Notes under the pieces: model-generated
Told to the model about the DNA's origin: nothing
Seen by the model: only the letters and a program-made list of their open reading frames with translations
The model's database searches: none
Shown here: positions 1-13,176 of the stretch, in pieces
Layout of the letters: every line of letters begins with the position of its first letter
Numbering within the stretch: the stretch's first letter is position 1
Assembly: GCA_964057225.1 (NCBI GenBank)
Contig: OZ059900.1
Location: 20,956,001-21,020,000, forward strand
Direction of reading: 5' to 3'
Length of the DNA stretch: 64,000 nucleotides
Origin: Auanema rhodensis
Taxonomy: Eukaryota > Animalia > Nematoda
Program-made: the position numbers and the translations under genes

Positions 1-342
1 TTTGAACACATGAAATCGTAAGTCAAAACCTTGTTTACAGCGAAATTTCCAAAAACTGGTTTTCCAGCATAATAAAATATTTCTCATGGGAAATACTGTG
101 TTTTTGTATTTTTCTAGTGTTCAGCATGTAAAATGCTTCATTTTAGTATGTAACACGCTGAAATTCGTTGCATTTGACGACTCATATGAACAAAAATCGA
201 TTTAATCAATATTAGCCATAAGGGGCGTGCCCTCAGAATATGCTAATTTCCTTAATTTTCTAACCCCTGTTTTTTTGTCGTGAAAGTGGAACTAGACGTT
301 GTAGGAACAATTTTGAGCTAGGTTTCATTGACATTGCATGAG
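1..342 (+). repeat. Representative consensus-like monomer (342 bp, 116 G+C, ~34% GC)
   Basis: First full repeat unit. It has A/T tracts of 4-7 nt and a single GC-rich core, AGGGGCGTGCCCT (221-233). Confidence 0.97.
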
Positions 343-3300
343 TTTGAACACATGAAATCGTAAGTCGAAACCTTGTTTACAGCGAAATTTCCAAAAACTG
401 GTTTTCCAGCATAATAAAATATTTCTCATGGGAAATACTGTGTTTTTGTATTTTTCTAGTGTTCAGCATGTGAAATGCTTCATTTTAGTATGTAACACGC
501 TGAAATTCGTTGCATTTGACGACTCATATGAACAAAAATCGATTTAACCAATATTAGCCATAAGGGGCGTGCCCTCAGAATATGCTAATTTCCTTAATTT
601 TCTAACCCCGGTTTTTTTGTCGTGAAAGTGGAATTAGACGTTGTAGGAACAATTTTGAGCTAGGTTTCATTGACATTGCATGAGTTTGAACACATGAAAT
701 CGTAAGTCAAAACCTTGTTTACAGCGAAATTTCCAAAAACTGGTTTTCCAGCATAATAAAATATTTCTCATGGGAAATACTGTGTTTTTGTATTTTTCTA
801 GTGTTCAGCATGTAGAATGCTTCATTTTAGTATGTAACACGCTGAAATTCGTTGCATTTGACGACTCATATGAACAAAAATCGATTTAATCAATATTAGC
901 CATAAGGGGCGTGCCCTCAGAATATGCTAATTTCCTTAATTTTCTAACCCCTGTTTTTTTGTCGTGAAAGTGGAACTAGACGTTGTAGGAACAATTTTGA
1001 GCTAGGTTTCATTGACATTGCATGAGTTTGAACACATGAAATCGTAAGTCAAAACCTTGTTTACAGCGAAATTTCCAAAAACTGGTTTTCCAGCATAATA
1101 AAATATTTCTCATGGGAAATACTGTGTTTTTGTATTTTTCTAGTGTTCAGCATGTAAAATGCTTCATTTTAGTATGTAACACGCTAAAAATTCGTTGCAT
1201 TTGACGACTCATATGAACAAAAATCGATTTAATCAATATTAGCCATAAGGGGCGTGCCCTCAGAATATGCTAATTTTCTTAATTTTCTAACCCCTGTTTT
1301 TTTGTCGTGAAAGTGGAATTAGACGTTGTAGGAACAATTTTGAGCTAGGTTTCATTGACATTGCATGAGTTTGAACGCATGAAATCGTAAGTCAAAACCT
1401 TGTTTACAGCGAAATTTCCAAAAACTGGTTTTCCAGCATAATAAAATATTTCTCATGGGAAATACTGTGTTTTTGTATTTTTCTAGTGTTCAGCATGTAA
1501 AATGCTTCATTTTAGTATGTAACACGCTGAAATTCGTTGCATTTGACGACTCATATGAACAAAAATCGATTTAATCAATATTAGCCATAAGGGGCGTGCC
1601 CTCAGAATATGCTAATTTCCTTAATTTTCTAACCCCGGTTTTTTTGTCGTGAAAGTGGAATTAGACGTTGTAGGAACAATTTTGAGCTAGGTTTCATTGA
1701 CATTGCATGAGTTTGAACACATGAAATCGTAAGTCAAAACCTTGTTTACAGCGAAATTTCCAAAAACTGGTTTTCCAGCATAATAAAATATTTCTCATGG
1801 GAAATACTGTGTTTTTGTATTTTTCTAGTGTTCAGCATGTGAAATGCTTCATTTTAGTATGTAACACGCTGAAATTCGTTGCATTTGACGACTCATATGA
1901 ACAAAAATCGATTTAATCAATATTAGCCATAAGGGGCGTGCCCTCAGAATATGCTAATTTCCTTAATTTTCTAACCCCGGTTTTTTTGTCGTGAAAGTGG
2001 AATTAGACGTTGTAGGAACAATTTTGAGCTAGGTTTCATTGACATTGCATGAGTTTGAACACATGAAATCGTAAGTCAAAACCTTGTTTACAGCGAAATT
2101 TCCAAAAACTGGTTTTCCAGCATAATAAAATATTTCTCATGAGAAATACTGTGTTTTTGTATTTTTCTAGTGTTCAGCATGTAAAATGCTTCATTTTAGT
2201 ATGTAACACGCTGAAATTCGTTGCATTTGACGACTCATATGAACAAAAATCGATTTAATCAATATTAGCCATAAGGGGCGTGCCCTCAGAATATGCTAAT
2301 TTCCTTAATTTTCTAACCCCGGTTTTTTTGTCGTGAAAGTGGAACTAGACGTTGTAGGAACAATTTTGAGCTAGGTTTCATTGACATTGCATGAGTTTGA
2401 ACACATGAAATCGTAAGTCAAAACCTTGTTTACAGCGAAATTTCCAAAAACTGGTTTTCCAGCATAATAAAATATTTCTCATGGGAAATACTGTGTTTTT
2501 GTATTTTTCTAGTGTTCAGCATGTAAAATGCTTCATTTTAGTATGTAACACGCTGAAATTCGTTGCATTTGACTACTCATATGAACAAAAATCGATTTAA
2601 TCAATATTAGCCATAAGGGGCGTGCCCTCAGAATATGCTAATTTCCTTAATTTTCTAACCCCTGTTTTTTTGTCGTGAAAGTGGAACTAGACGTTGTAGG
2701 AACAATTTTGAGCTAGGTTTCATTGACATTGCATGAGTTTGAACACATGAAATCGTAAGTCAAAACCTTGTTTACAGCGAAATTTCCAAAAACTGGTTTT
2801 CCAGCATAATAAAATATTTCTCATGGGAAATACTGTGTTTTTGTATTTTTCTAGTGTTCAGCATGTGAAATGCTTCATTTTAGTATGTAACACGCTGAAA
2901 TTCGTTGCATTTGACGACTCATATGAACAAAAATCGATTTAATCAATATTAGCCATAAGGGGCGTGCCCTCAGAATATGCTAATTTCCTTAATTTTCTAA
3001 CCCCGGTTTTTTTGTCGTGAAAGTGGAATTAGACGTTGTAGGAACAATTTTGAGCTAGGTTTCATTGACATTGCATGAGTTTGAACACATGAAATCGTAA
3101 GTCAAAACCTTGTTTACAGCGAAATTTCCAAAAACTGGTTTTCCAGCATAATAAAATATTTCTCATGGGAAATACTGTGTTTTTGTATTTTTCTAGTGTT
3201 CAGCATGTAAAATGCTTCATTTTAGTATGTAACACGCTGAAATTCGTTGCATTTGACGACTCATATGAACAAAAATCGATTTAATCAATATTAGCCATAA

Positions 3301-6300
3301 GGGGCGTGCCCTCAGAATATGCTAATTTCCTTAATTTTCTAACCCCTGTTTTTTTGTCGTGAAAGTGGAACTAGACGTTGTAGGAACAATTTTGAGCTAG
3401 GTTTCATTGACATTGCATGAGTTTGAACACATGAAATCGTAAGTCAAAACCTTGTTTACAGCGAAATTTCCAAAAACTGGTTTTCCAGCATAATAAAATA
3501 TTTCTCATGGGAAATACTGTGTTTTTGTATTTTTCTAGTGTTCAGCATGTAAAATGCTTCATTTTAGTATGTAACACGCTGAAATTCGTTGCATTTGACG
3601 ACTCATATGAACAAAAATCGATTTAATCAATATTAGCCATAAGGGGCGTGCCCTCAGAATATGCTAATTTCCTTAATTTTCTAACCCCTGTTTTTTTGTC
3701 GTGAAAGTGGAATTAGACGTTGTAGGAACAATTTTGAGCTAGGTTTCATTGACATTGCATGAGTTTGAACGCATGAAATCGTAAGTCAAAACCTTGTTTA
3801 CAGCGAAATTTCCAAAAACTGGTTTTCCAGCATAATAAAATATTTCTCATGGGAAATACTGTGTTTTTGTATTTTTATAGTGTTCAGCATGTAAAATGCT
3901 TCATTTTAGTATGTAACTCGCTGAAATTCGTTGCATTTGACGACTCATATGAACAAAAATCGATTTAATCAATATTAGCCATAAGGGGCGTGCCCTCAGA
4001 ATATGCTAATTTCCTTAATTTTCTAACCCCGGTTTTTTTGTCGTGAAAGTGGAATTAGACGTTGTAGGAACAATTTTGATCTAGGTTTCATTGACATTGC
4101 ATGAGTTTGAACACATGAAATCGTAAGTCAAAACCTTGTTTACAGCGAAATTTCCAAAAACTGGTTTTCCAGCATAATAAAATATTTCTCATGGGAAATA
4201 CTGTGTTTTTGTATTTTTCTAGTGTTCAGCATGTAAAATGCTTCATTTTAGTATGTAACACGCTGAAATTCGTTGCATTTGACTACTCATATGAACAAAA
4301 ATCGATTTAATCAATATTAGCCATAAGGGGCGTGCCCTCAGAATATGCTAATTTCCTTAATTTTCTAACCCCTGTTTTTTTGTCGTGAAAGTGGAACTAG
4401 ACGTTGTAGGAACAATTTTGAGCTAGGTTTCATTGACATTGCATGAGTTTGAACACATGAAATCGTAAGTCAAAACCTTGTTTACAGCGAAATTTCCAAA
4501 AACTGGTTTTCCAGCATAATAAAATATTTCTCATGAGAAATACTGTGTTTTTGTATTTTTCTAGTGTTCAGCATGTAAAATGCTTCATTTTAGTATGTAA
4601 CACGATGAAATTCGTTGCATTTGACGACTCATATGAACAAAAATCGATTTAATCAATATTAGCCATAAGGGGCGTGCCCTCAGAATATGCTAATTTCATT
4701 AATTTTCTAACCCCTGTTTTTTTGTCGTGAAAGTGGAACTAGACGTTGTAGGAACAATTTTGAGCTAGGTTTCATTGACATTGCATGAGTTTGAACACAT
4801 GAAATCGTAAGTCAAAACCTTGTTTACAGCGAAATTTCCAAAAACTGGTTTTCCAGCATAATAAAATATTTCTCATGGGAAATACTGTGTTTTTGTATTT
4901 TTCTAGTGTTCAGCATGTAAAATGCTTCATTTTAGTATGTAACACGCTGAAATTCGTTGCATTTGACGACTCATATGAACAAAAATCGATTTAATCAATA
5001 TTAGCCATAAGGGGCGTGCCCTCAGAATATGCTAATTTCCTTAATTTTCTAACCCCGGTTTTTTTGTCGTGAAAGTGGAATTAGACGTTGTAGGAACAAT
5101 TTTGAGCTAGGTTTCATTGACATTGCATGAGTTTGAACACATGAAATCGTAAGTCAAAACCTTGTTTACAGCGAAATTTCCAAAAACTGGTTTTCCAGCA
5201 TAATAAAATATTTCTCATGGGAAATACTGTGTTTTTGTATTTTTCTAGTGTTCAGCATGTAAAATGCTTCATTTTAGTATGTAACACGCTGAAATTCGTT
5301 GCATTTGACTACTCATATGAACAAAAATCGATTTAATCAATATTAGCCATAAGGGGCGTGCCCTCAGAATATGCTAATTTCCTTAATTTTCTAACCCCTG
5401 TTTTTTTGTCGTGAAAGTGGAACTAGACGTTGTACAAACAATTTTGAGCTAGGTTTCATTGACATTGCATGAGTTTGAACACATGAAATCGTAAGTCAAA
5501 ACCTTGTTTACAGCGAAATTTCCAAAAACTGGTTTTCCAGCATAATAAAATATTTCTCATGAGAAATACTGTGTTTTTGTATTTTTCTAGTGTTCAGCAT
5601 GTAAAATGCTTCATTTTAGTATGTAACACGCTGAAATTCGTTGCATTTGACGACTCATATGAACAAAAATCGATTTAATCAATATTAGCCATAAGGGGCG
5701 TGCCCTCAGAATATGCTAATTTCCTTAATTTTCTAACCCCTGTTTTTTTGTCGTGAAAGTGGAACTAGACGTTGTAGGAACAATTTTGAGCTAGGTTTCA
5801 TTGACATTGCATGAGTTTGAACACATGAAATCGTAAGTCAAAACCTTGTTTACAGCGAAATTTCCAAAAACTGGTTTTCCAGCATAATAAAATATTTCTC
5901 ATGGGAAATACTGTGTTTTTGTATTTTTCTAGTGTTCAGCATGTGAAATGCTTCATTTTAGTATGTAACACGCTGAAATTCGTTGCATTTGACGACTCAT
6001 ATGAACAAAAATCGATTTAACCAATATTAGCCATAAGGGGCGTGCCCTCAGAATATGCTAATTTCCTTAATTTTCTAACCCCGGTTTTTTTGTCGTGAAA
6101 GTGGAATTAGACGTTGTAGGAACAATTTTGAGCTAGGTTTCATTGACATTGCATGAGTTTGAACACATGAAATCGTAAGTCAAAACCTTGTTTACAGCGA
6201 AATTTCCAAAAACTGGTTTTCCAGCATAATAAAATATTTCTCATGGGAAATACTGTGTTTTTGTATTTTTCTAGTGTTCAGCATGTAGAATGCTTCATTT

Positions 6301-9300
6301 TAGTATGTAACACGCTGAAATTCGTTGCATTTGACGACTCATATGAACAAAAATCGATTTAATCAATATTAGCCATAAGGGGCGTGCCCTCAGAATATGC
6401 TAATTTCCTTAATTTTCTAACCCCTGTTTTTTTGTCGTGAAAGTGGAACTAGACGTTGTAGGAACAATTTTGAGCTAGGTTTCATTGACATTGCATGAGT
6501 TTGAACACATGAAATCGTAAGTCAAAACCTTGTTTACAGCGAAATTTCCAAAAACTGGTTTTCCAGCATAATAAAATATTTCTCATGGGAAATACTGTGT
6601 TTTTGTATTTTTCTAGTGTTCAGCATGTAAAATGCTTCATTTTAGTATGTAACACGCTGAAATTCGTTGCATTTGACGACTCATATGAACAAAAATCGAT
6701 TTAATCAATATTAGCCATAAGGGGCGTGCCCTCAGAATATGCTAATTTTCTTAATTTTCTAACCCCTGTTTTTTTGTCGTGAAAGTGGAATTAGACGTTG
6801 TAGGAACAATTTTGAGCTAGGTTTCATTGACATTGCATGAGTTTGAACGCATGAAATCGTAAGTCAAAACCTTGTTTACAGCGAAATTTCCAAAAACTGG
6901 TTTTCCAGCATAATAAAATATTTCTCATGGGAAATACTGTGTTTTTGTATTTTTCTAGTGTTCAGCATGTAAAATGTTTCATTTTAGTATGTAACACGCT
7001 GAAATTCGTTGCATTTGACGACTCATATGAACAAAAATCGATTTAATCAATATTAGCCATAAGGGGCGTGCCCTCAGAATATGCTAATTTCCTTAATTTT
7101 CTAACCCCTGTTTTTTTGTCGTGAAAGTGGAACTAGACGTTGTAGGAACAATTTTGAGCTAGGTTTCATTGACATTGCATGAGTTTGAACACATGAAATC
7201 GTAAGTCAAAACCTTGTTTACAGCGAAATTTCCAAAAACTGGTTTTCCAGCATAATAAAATATTTCTCATGGGAAATACTGTGTTTTTGTATTTTTCTAG
7301 TGTTCAGCATGTAAAATGCTTCATTTTAGTATGTAACACGCTGAAATTCGTTGCATTTGACGACTCATATGAACAAAAATCGATTTAATCAATATTAGCC
7401 ATAAGGGGCGTGCCCTCAGAATATGCTAATTTTCTTAATTTTCTAACCCCTGTTTTTTTGTCGTGAAAGTGGAATTAGACGTTGTAGGAACAATTTTGAG
7501 CTAGGTTTCATTGACATTGCATGAGTTTGAACGCATGAAATCGTAAGTCAAAACCTTGTTTACAGCGAAATTTCCAAAAACTGGTTTTCCAGCATAATAA
7601 AATATTTCTCATGGGAAATACTGTGTTTTTGTATTTTTCTAGTGTTCAGCATGTAAAATGCTTCATTTTAGTATGTAACACGCTGAAATTCGTTGCATTT
7701 GACGACTCATATGAACAAAAATCGATTTAATCAATATTAGCCATAAGGGGCGTGCCCTCAGAATATGCTAATTTCCTTAATTTTCTAACCCCGGTTTTTT
7801 TGTCGTGAAAGTGGAATTAGACGTTGTAGGAACAATTTTGAGCTAGGTTTCATTGACATTGCATGAGTTTGAACACATGAAATCGTAAGTCAAAACCTTG
7901 TTTACAGCGAAATTTCCAAAAACTGGTTTTCCAGCATAATAAAATATTTCTCATGGGAAATACTGTGTTTTTGTATTTTTCTAGTGTTCAGCATGTAAAA
8001 TGCTTCATTTTAGTATGTAACACGCTGAAATTCGTTGCATTTGACGACTCATATGAACAAAAATCGATTTAATCAATATTAGCCATAAGGGGCGTGCCCT
8101 CAGAATATGCTAATTTCCTTAATTTTCTAACCCCGGTTTTTTTGTCGTGAAAGTGGAATTAGACGTTGTAGGAACAATTTTGAGCTAGGTTTCATTGACA
8201 TTGCATGAGTTTGAACACATGAAATCGTAAGTCAAAACCTTGTTTACAGCGAAATTTCCAAAAACTGGTTTTCCAGCATAATAAAATATTTCTCATGGGA
8301 AATACTGTGTTTTTGTATTTTTCTAGTGTTCAGCATGTAAAATGTTTCATTTTAGTATGTAACACGCTGAAATTCGTTGCATTTGACGACTCATATGAAC
8401 AAAAATCGATTTAATCAATATTAGCCATAAGGGGCGTGCCCTCAGAATATGCTAATTTCCTTAATTTTCTAACCCCTGTTTTTTTGTCGTGAAAGTGGAA
8501 CTAGACGTTGTAGGAACAATTTTGAGCTAGGTTTCATTGACATTGCATGAGTTTGAACACATGAAATCGTAAGTCAAAACCTTGTTTACAGCGAAATTTC
8601 CAAAAACTGGTTTTCCAGCATAATAAAATATTTCTCATGGGAAATACTGTGTTTTTGTATTTTTCTAGTGTTCAGCATGTAAAATGCTTCATTTTAGTAT
8701 GTAACACGCTGAAATTCGTTGCATTTGACGACTCATATGAACAAAAATCGATTTAATCAATATTAGCCATAAGGGGCGTGCCCTCAGAATATGCTAATTT
8801 TCTTAATTTTCTAACCCCTGTTTTTTTGTCGTGAAAGTGGAATTAGACGTTGTAGGAACAATTTTGAGCTAGGTTTCATTGACATTGCATGAGTTTGAAC
8901 GCATGAAATCGTAAGTCAAAACCTTGTTTACAGCGAAATTTCCAAAAACTGGTTTTCCAGCATAATAAAATATTTCTCATGGGAAATACTGTGTTTTTGT
9001 ATTTTTCTAGTGTTCAGCATGTAAAATGCTTCATTTTAGTATGTAACACGCTGAAATTCGTTGCATTTGACGACTCATATGAACAAAAATCGATTTAATC
9101 AATATTAGCCATAAGGGGCGTGCCCTCAGAATATGCTAATTTCCTTAATTTTCTAACCCCGGTTTTTTTGTCGTGAAAGTGGAATTAGACGTTGTAGGAA
9201 CAATTTTGAGCTAGGTTTCATTGACATTGCATGAGTTTGAACACATGAAATCGTAAGTCAAAACCTTGTTTACAGCGAAATTTCCAAAAACTGGTTTTCC

Positions 9301-12300
9301 AGCATAATAAAATATTTCTCATGGGAAATACTGTGTTTTTGTATTTTTCTAGTGTTCAGCATGTAAAATGCTTCATTTTAGTATGTAACACGCTGAAATT
9401 CGTTGCATTTGACGACTCATATGAACAAAATACGATTTAATCAATATTAGCCATAAGGGGCGTGCCCTCAGAATATGCTAATTTCCTTAATTTTCTAACC
9501 CCTGTTTTTTTGTCGTGAAAGTGGAACTAGACGTTGTACAAACAATTTTGAGCTAGGTTTCATTGACATTGCATGAGTTTGAACACATGAAATCGTAAGT
9601 CAAAACCTTGTTTACAGCGAAATTTCCAAAAACTGGTTTTCCAGCATAATAAAATATTTCTCATGAGAAATACTGTGTTTTTGTATTTTTCTAGTGTTCA
9701 GCATGTAAAATGCTTCATTTTAGTATGTAACACGCTGAAATTCGTTGCATTTGACGACTCATATGAACAAAAATCGATTTAATCAATATTAGCCATAAGG
9801 GGCGTGCCCTCAGAATATGCTAATTTCCTTAATTTTCTAACCCCTGTTTTTTTGTCGTGAAAGTGGAACTAGACGTTGTAGGAACAATTTTGAGCTAGGT
9901 TTCATTGACATTGCATGAGTTTGAACACATGAAATCGTAAGTCAAAACCTTGTTTACAGCGAAATTTCCAATAACTGGTTTTCCAGCATAATAAAATATT
10001 TCTCATGGGAAATACTGTGTTTTTGTATTTTTCTAGTGTTCAGCATGTGAAATGCTTCATTTTAGTATGTAACACGCTGAAATTCGTTGCATTTGACGAC
10101 TCATATGAACAAAAATCGATTTAATCAATATTAGCCATAAGGGGCGTGCCCTCAGAATATGCTAATTTCCTTAATTTTCTAACCCCTGTTTTTTTGTCGT
10201 GAAAGTGGAACTAGACGTTGTACAAACAATTTTGAGCTAGGTTTCATTGACATTGCATGAGTTTGAACACATGAAATCGTAAGTCAAAACCTTGTTTACA
10301 GCGAAATTTCCAAAAACTGGTTTTCCAGCATAATAAAATATTTCACATGAGAAATACTGTGTTTTTGTATTTTTCTAGTGTTCAGCATGTAAAATGCTTC
10401 ATTTTAGTATGTAACACGATGAAATTCGTTGCATTTGACGACTCATATGAACAAAAATCGATTTAATCAATATTAGCCATAAGGGGCGTGCCCTCAGAAT
10501 ATGCTAATTTCCTTAATTTTCTAACCCCTGTTTTTTTGTCGTGAAAGTGGAACTAGACGTTGTAGGAACAATTTTGAGCTAGGTTTCATTGACATTGCAT
10601 GAGTTTGAACACATGAAATCGTAAGTCAAAACCTTGTTTACAGCGAAATTTCCAAAAACTGGTTTTCCAGCATAATAAAATATTTCTCATGGGAAATACT
10701 GTGTTTTTGTATTTTTCTAGTGTTCAGCATGTGAAATGCTTCATTTTAGTATGTAACACGCTGAAATTCGTTGCATTTGACGACTCATATGAACAAAAAT
10801 CGATTTAACCAATATTAGCCATAAGGGGCGTGCCCTCAGAATATGCTAATTTCCTTAATTTTCTAACCCCGGTTTTTTTGTCGTGAAAGTGGAATTAGAC
10901 GTTGTAGGAACAATTTTGAGCTAGGTTTCATTGACATTGCATGAGTTTGAACACATGAAATCGTAAGTCAAAACCTTGTTTACAGCGAAATTTCCAAAAA
11001 CTGGTTTTCCAGCATAATAAAATATTTCTCATGGGAAATACTGTGTTTTTGTATTTTTCTAGTGTTCAGCATGTAGAATGCTTCATTTTAGTATGTAACA
11101 CGCTGAAATTCGTTGCATTTGACGACTCATATGAACAAAAATCGATTTAATCAATATTAGCCATAAGGGGCGTGCCCTCAGAATATGCTAATTTCCTTAA
11201 TTTTCTAACCCCTGTTTTTTTGTCGTGAAAGTGGAACTAGACGTTGTAGGAACAATTTTGAGCTAGGTTTCATTGACATTGCATGAGTTTGAACACATGA
11301 AATCGTAAGTCAAAACCTTGTTTACAGCGAAATTTCCAAAAACTGGTTTTCCAGCATAATAAAATATTTCTCATGGGAAATACTGTGTTTTTGTATTTTT
11401 CTAGTGTTCAGCATGTAAAATGCTTCATTTTAGTATGTAACACGCTGAAATTCGTTGCATTTGACGACTCATATGAACAAAAATCGATTTAATCAATATT
11501 AGCCATAAGGGGCGTGCCCTCAGAATATGCTAATTTTCTTAATTTTCTAACCCCTGTTTTTTTGTCGTGAAAGTGGAATTAGACGTTGTAGGAACAATTT
11601 TGAGCTAGGTTTCATTGACATTGCATGAGTTTGAACGCATGAAATCGTAAGTCAAAACCTTGTTTACAGCGAAATTTCCAAAAACTGGTTTTCCAGCATA
11701 ATAAAATATTTCTCATGGGAAATACTGTGTTTTTGTATTTTTCTAGTGTTCAGCATGTAAAATGCTTCATTTTAGTATGTAACACGCTGAAATTCGTTGC
11801 ATTTGACGACTCATATGAACAAAAATCGATTTAATCAATATTAGCCATAAGGGGCGTGCCCTCAGAATATGCTAATTTCCTTAATTTTCTAACCCCGGTT
11901 TTTTTGTCGTGAAAGTGGAATTAGACGTTGTAGGAACAATTTTGAGCTAGGTTTCATTGACATTGCATGAGTTTGAACACATGAAATCGTAAGTCAAAAC
12001 CTTGTTTACAGCGAAATTTCCAAAAACTGGTTTTCCAGCATAATAAAATATTTCTCATGGGAAATACTGTGTTTTTGTATTTTTCTAGTGTTCAGCATGT
12101 AAAATGCTTCATTTTAGTATGTAACACGCTGAAATTCGTTGCATTTGACGACTCATATGAACAAAATACGATTTAATCAATATTAGCCATAAGGGGCGTG
12201 CCCTCAGAATATGCTAATTTCCTTAATTTTCTAACCCCTGTTTTTTTGTCGTGAAAGTGGAACTAGACGTTGTACAAACAATTTTGAGCTAGGTTTCATT

Positions 12301-13176
12301 GACATTGCATGAGTTTGAACACATGAAATCGTAAGTCAAAACCTTGTTTACAGCGAAATTTCCAAAAACTGGTTTTCCAGCATAATAAAATATTTCTCAT
12401 GAGAAATACTGTGTTTTTGTATTTTTCTAGTGTTCAGCATGTAAAATGCTTCATTTTAGTATGTAACACGCTGAAATTCGTTGCATTTGACGACTCATAT
12501 GAACAAAAATCGATTTAATCAATATTAGCCATAAGGGGCGTGCCCTCAGAATATGCTAATTTCCTTAATTTTCTAACCCCTGTTTTTTTGTCGTGAAAGT
12601 GGAACTAGACGTTGTAGGAACAATTTTGAGCTAGGTTTCATTGACATTGCATGAGTTTGAACACATGAAATCGTAAGTCAAAACCTTGTTTACAGCGAAA
12701 TTTCCAAAAACTGGTTTTCCAGCATAATAAAATATTTCTCATGGGAAATACTGTGTTTTTGTATTTTTCTAGTGTTCAGCATGTGAAATGCTTCATTTTA
12801 GTATGTAACACGCTGAAATTCGTTGCATTTGACGACTCATATGAACAAAAATCGATTTAATCAATATTAGCCATAAGGGGCGTGCCCTCAGAATATGCTA
12901 ATTTCCTTAATTTTCTAACCCCGGTTTTTTTGTCGTGAAAGTGGATTTAGACGTTGTAGGAACAATTTTGAGCTAGGTTTCATTGACATTGCATGAGTTT
13001 GAACACATGAAATCGTAAGTCAAAACCTTGTTTACAGCGAAATTTCCAAAAACTGGTTTTCCAGCATAATAAAATATTTCTCATGGGAAATACTGTGTTT
13101 TTGTATTTTTCTAGTGTTCAGCATGTAAAATGCTTCATTTTAGTATGTAACACGCTGAAATTCGTTGCATTTGACT

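Noticed and set aside
163-179. CENP-B-box-like motif ATTCGTTGCATTTGACG
   Set aside because: It matches TTCG and the central A but lacks the essential CGGG (only 6 of 9 core positions), so it cannot be called a CENP-B box.
1-342. Primate alpha-satellite dimer (2 x 171 bp)
   Set aside because: Only the length agrees; I see no recognisable alpha-satellite sequence motifs.
1-342. 5S rDNA, tRNA or snRNA tandem gene unit
   Set aside because: No recognisable 5S, tRNA cloverleaf, or Pol III A/B/C-box sequence; the unit is too AT-rich apart from a 13-bp core.
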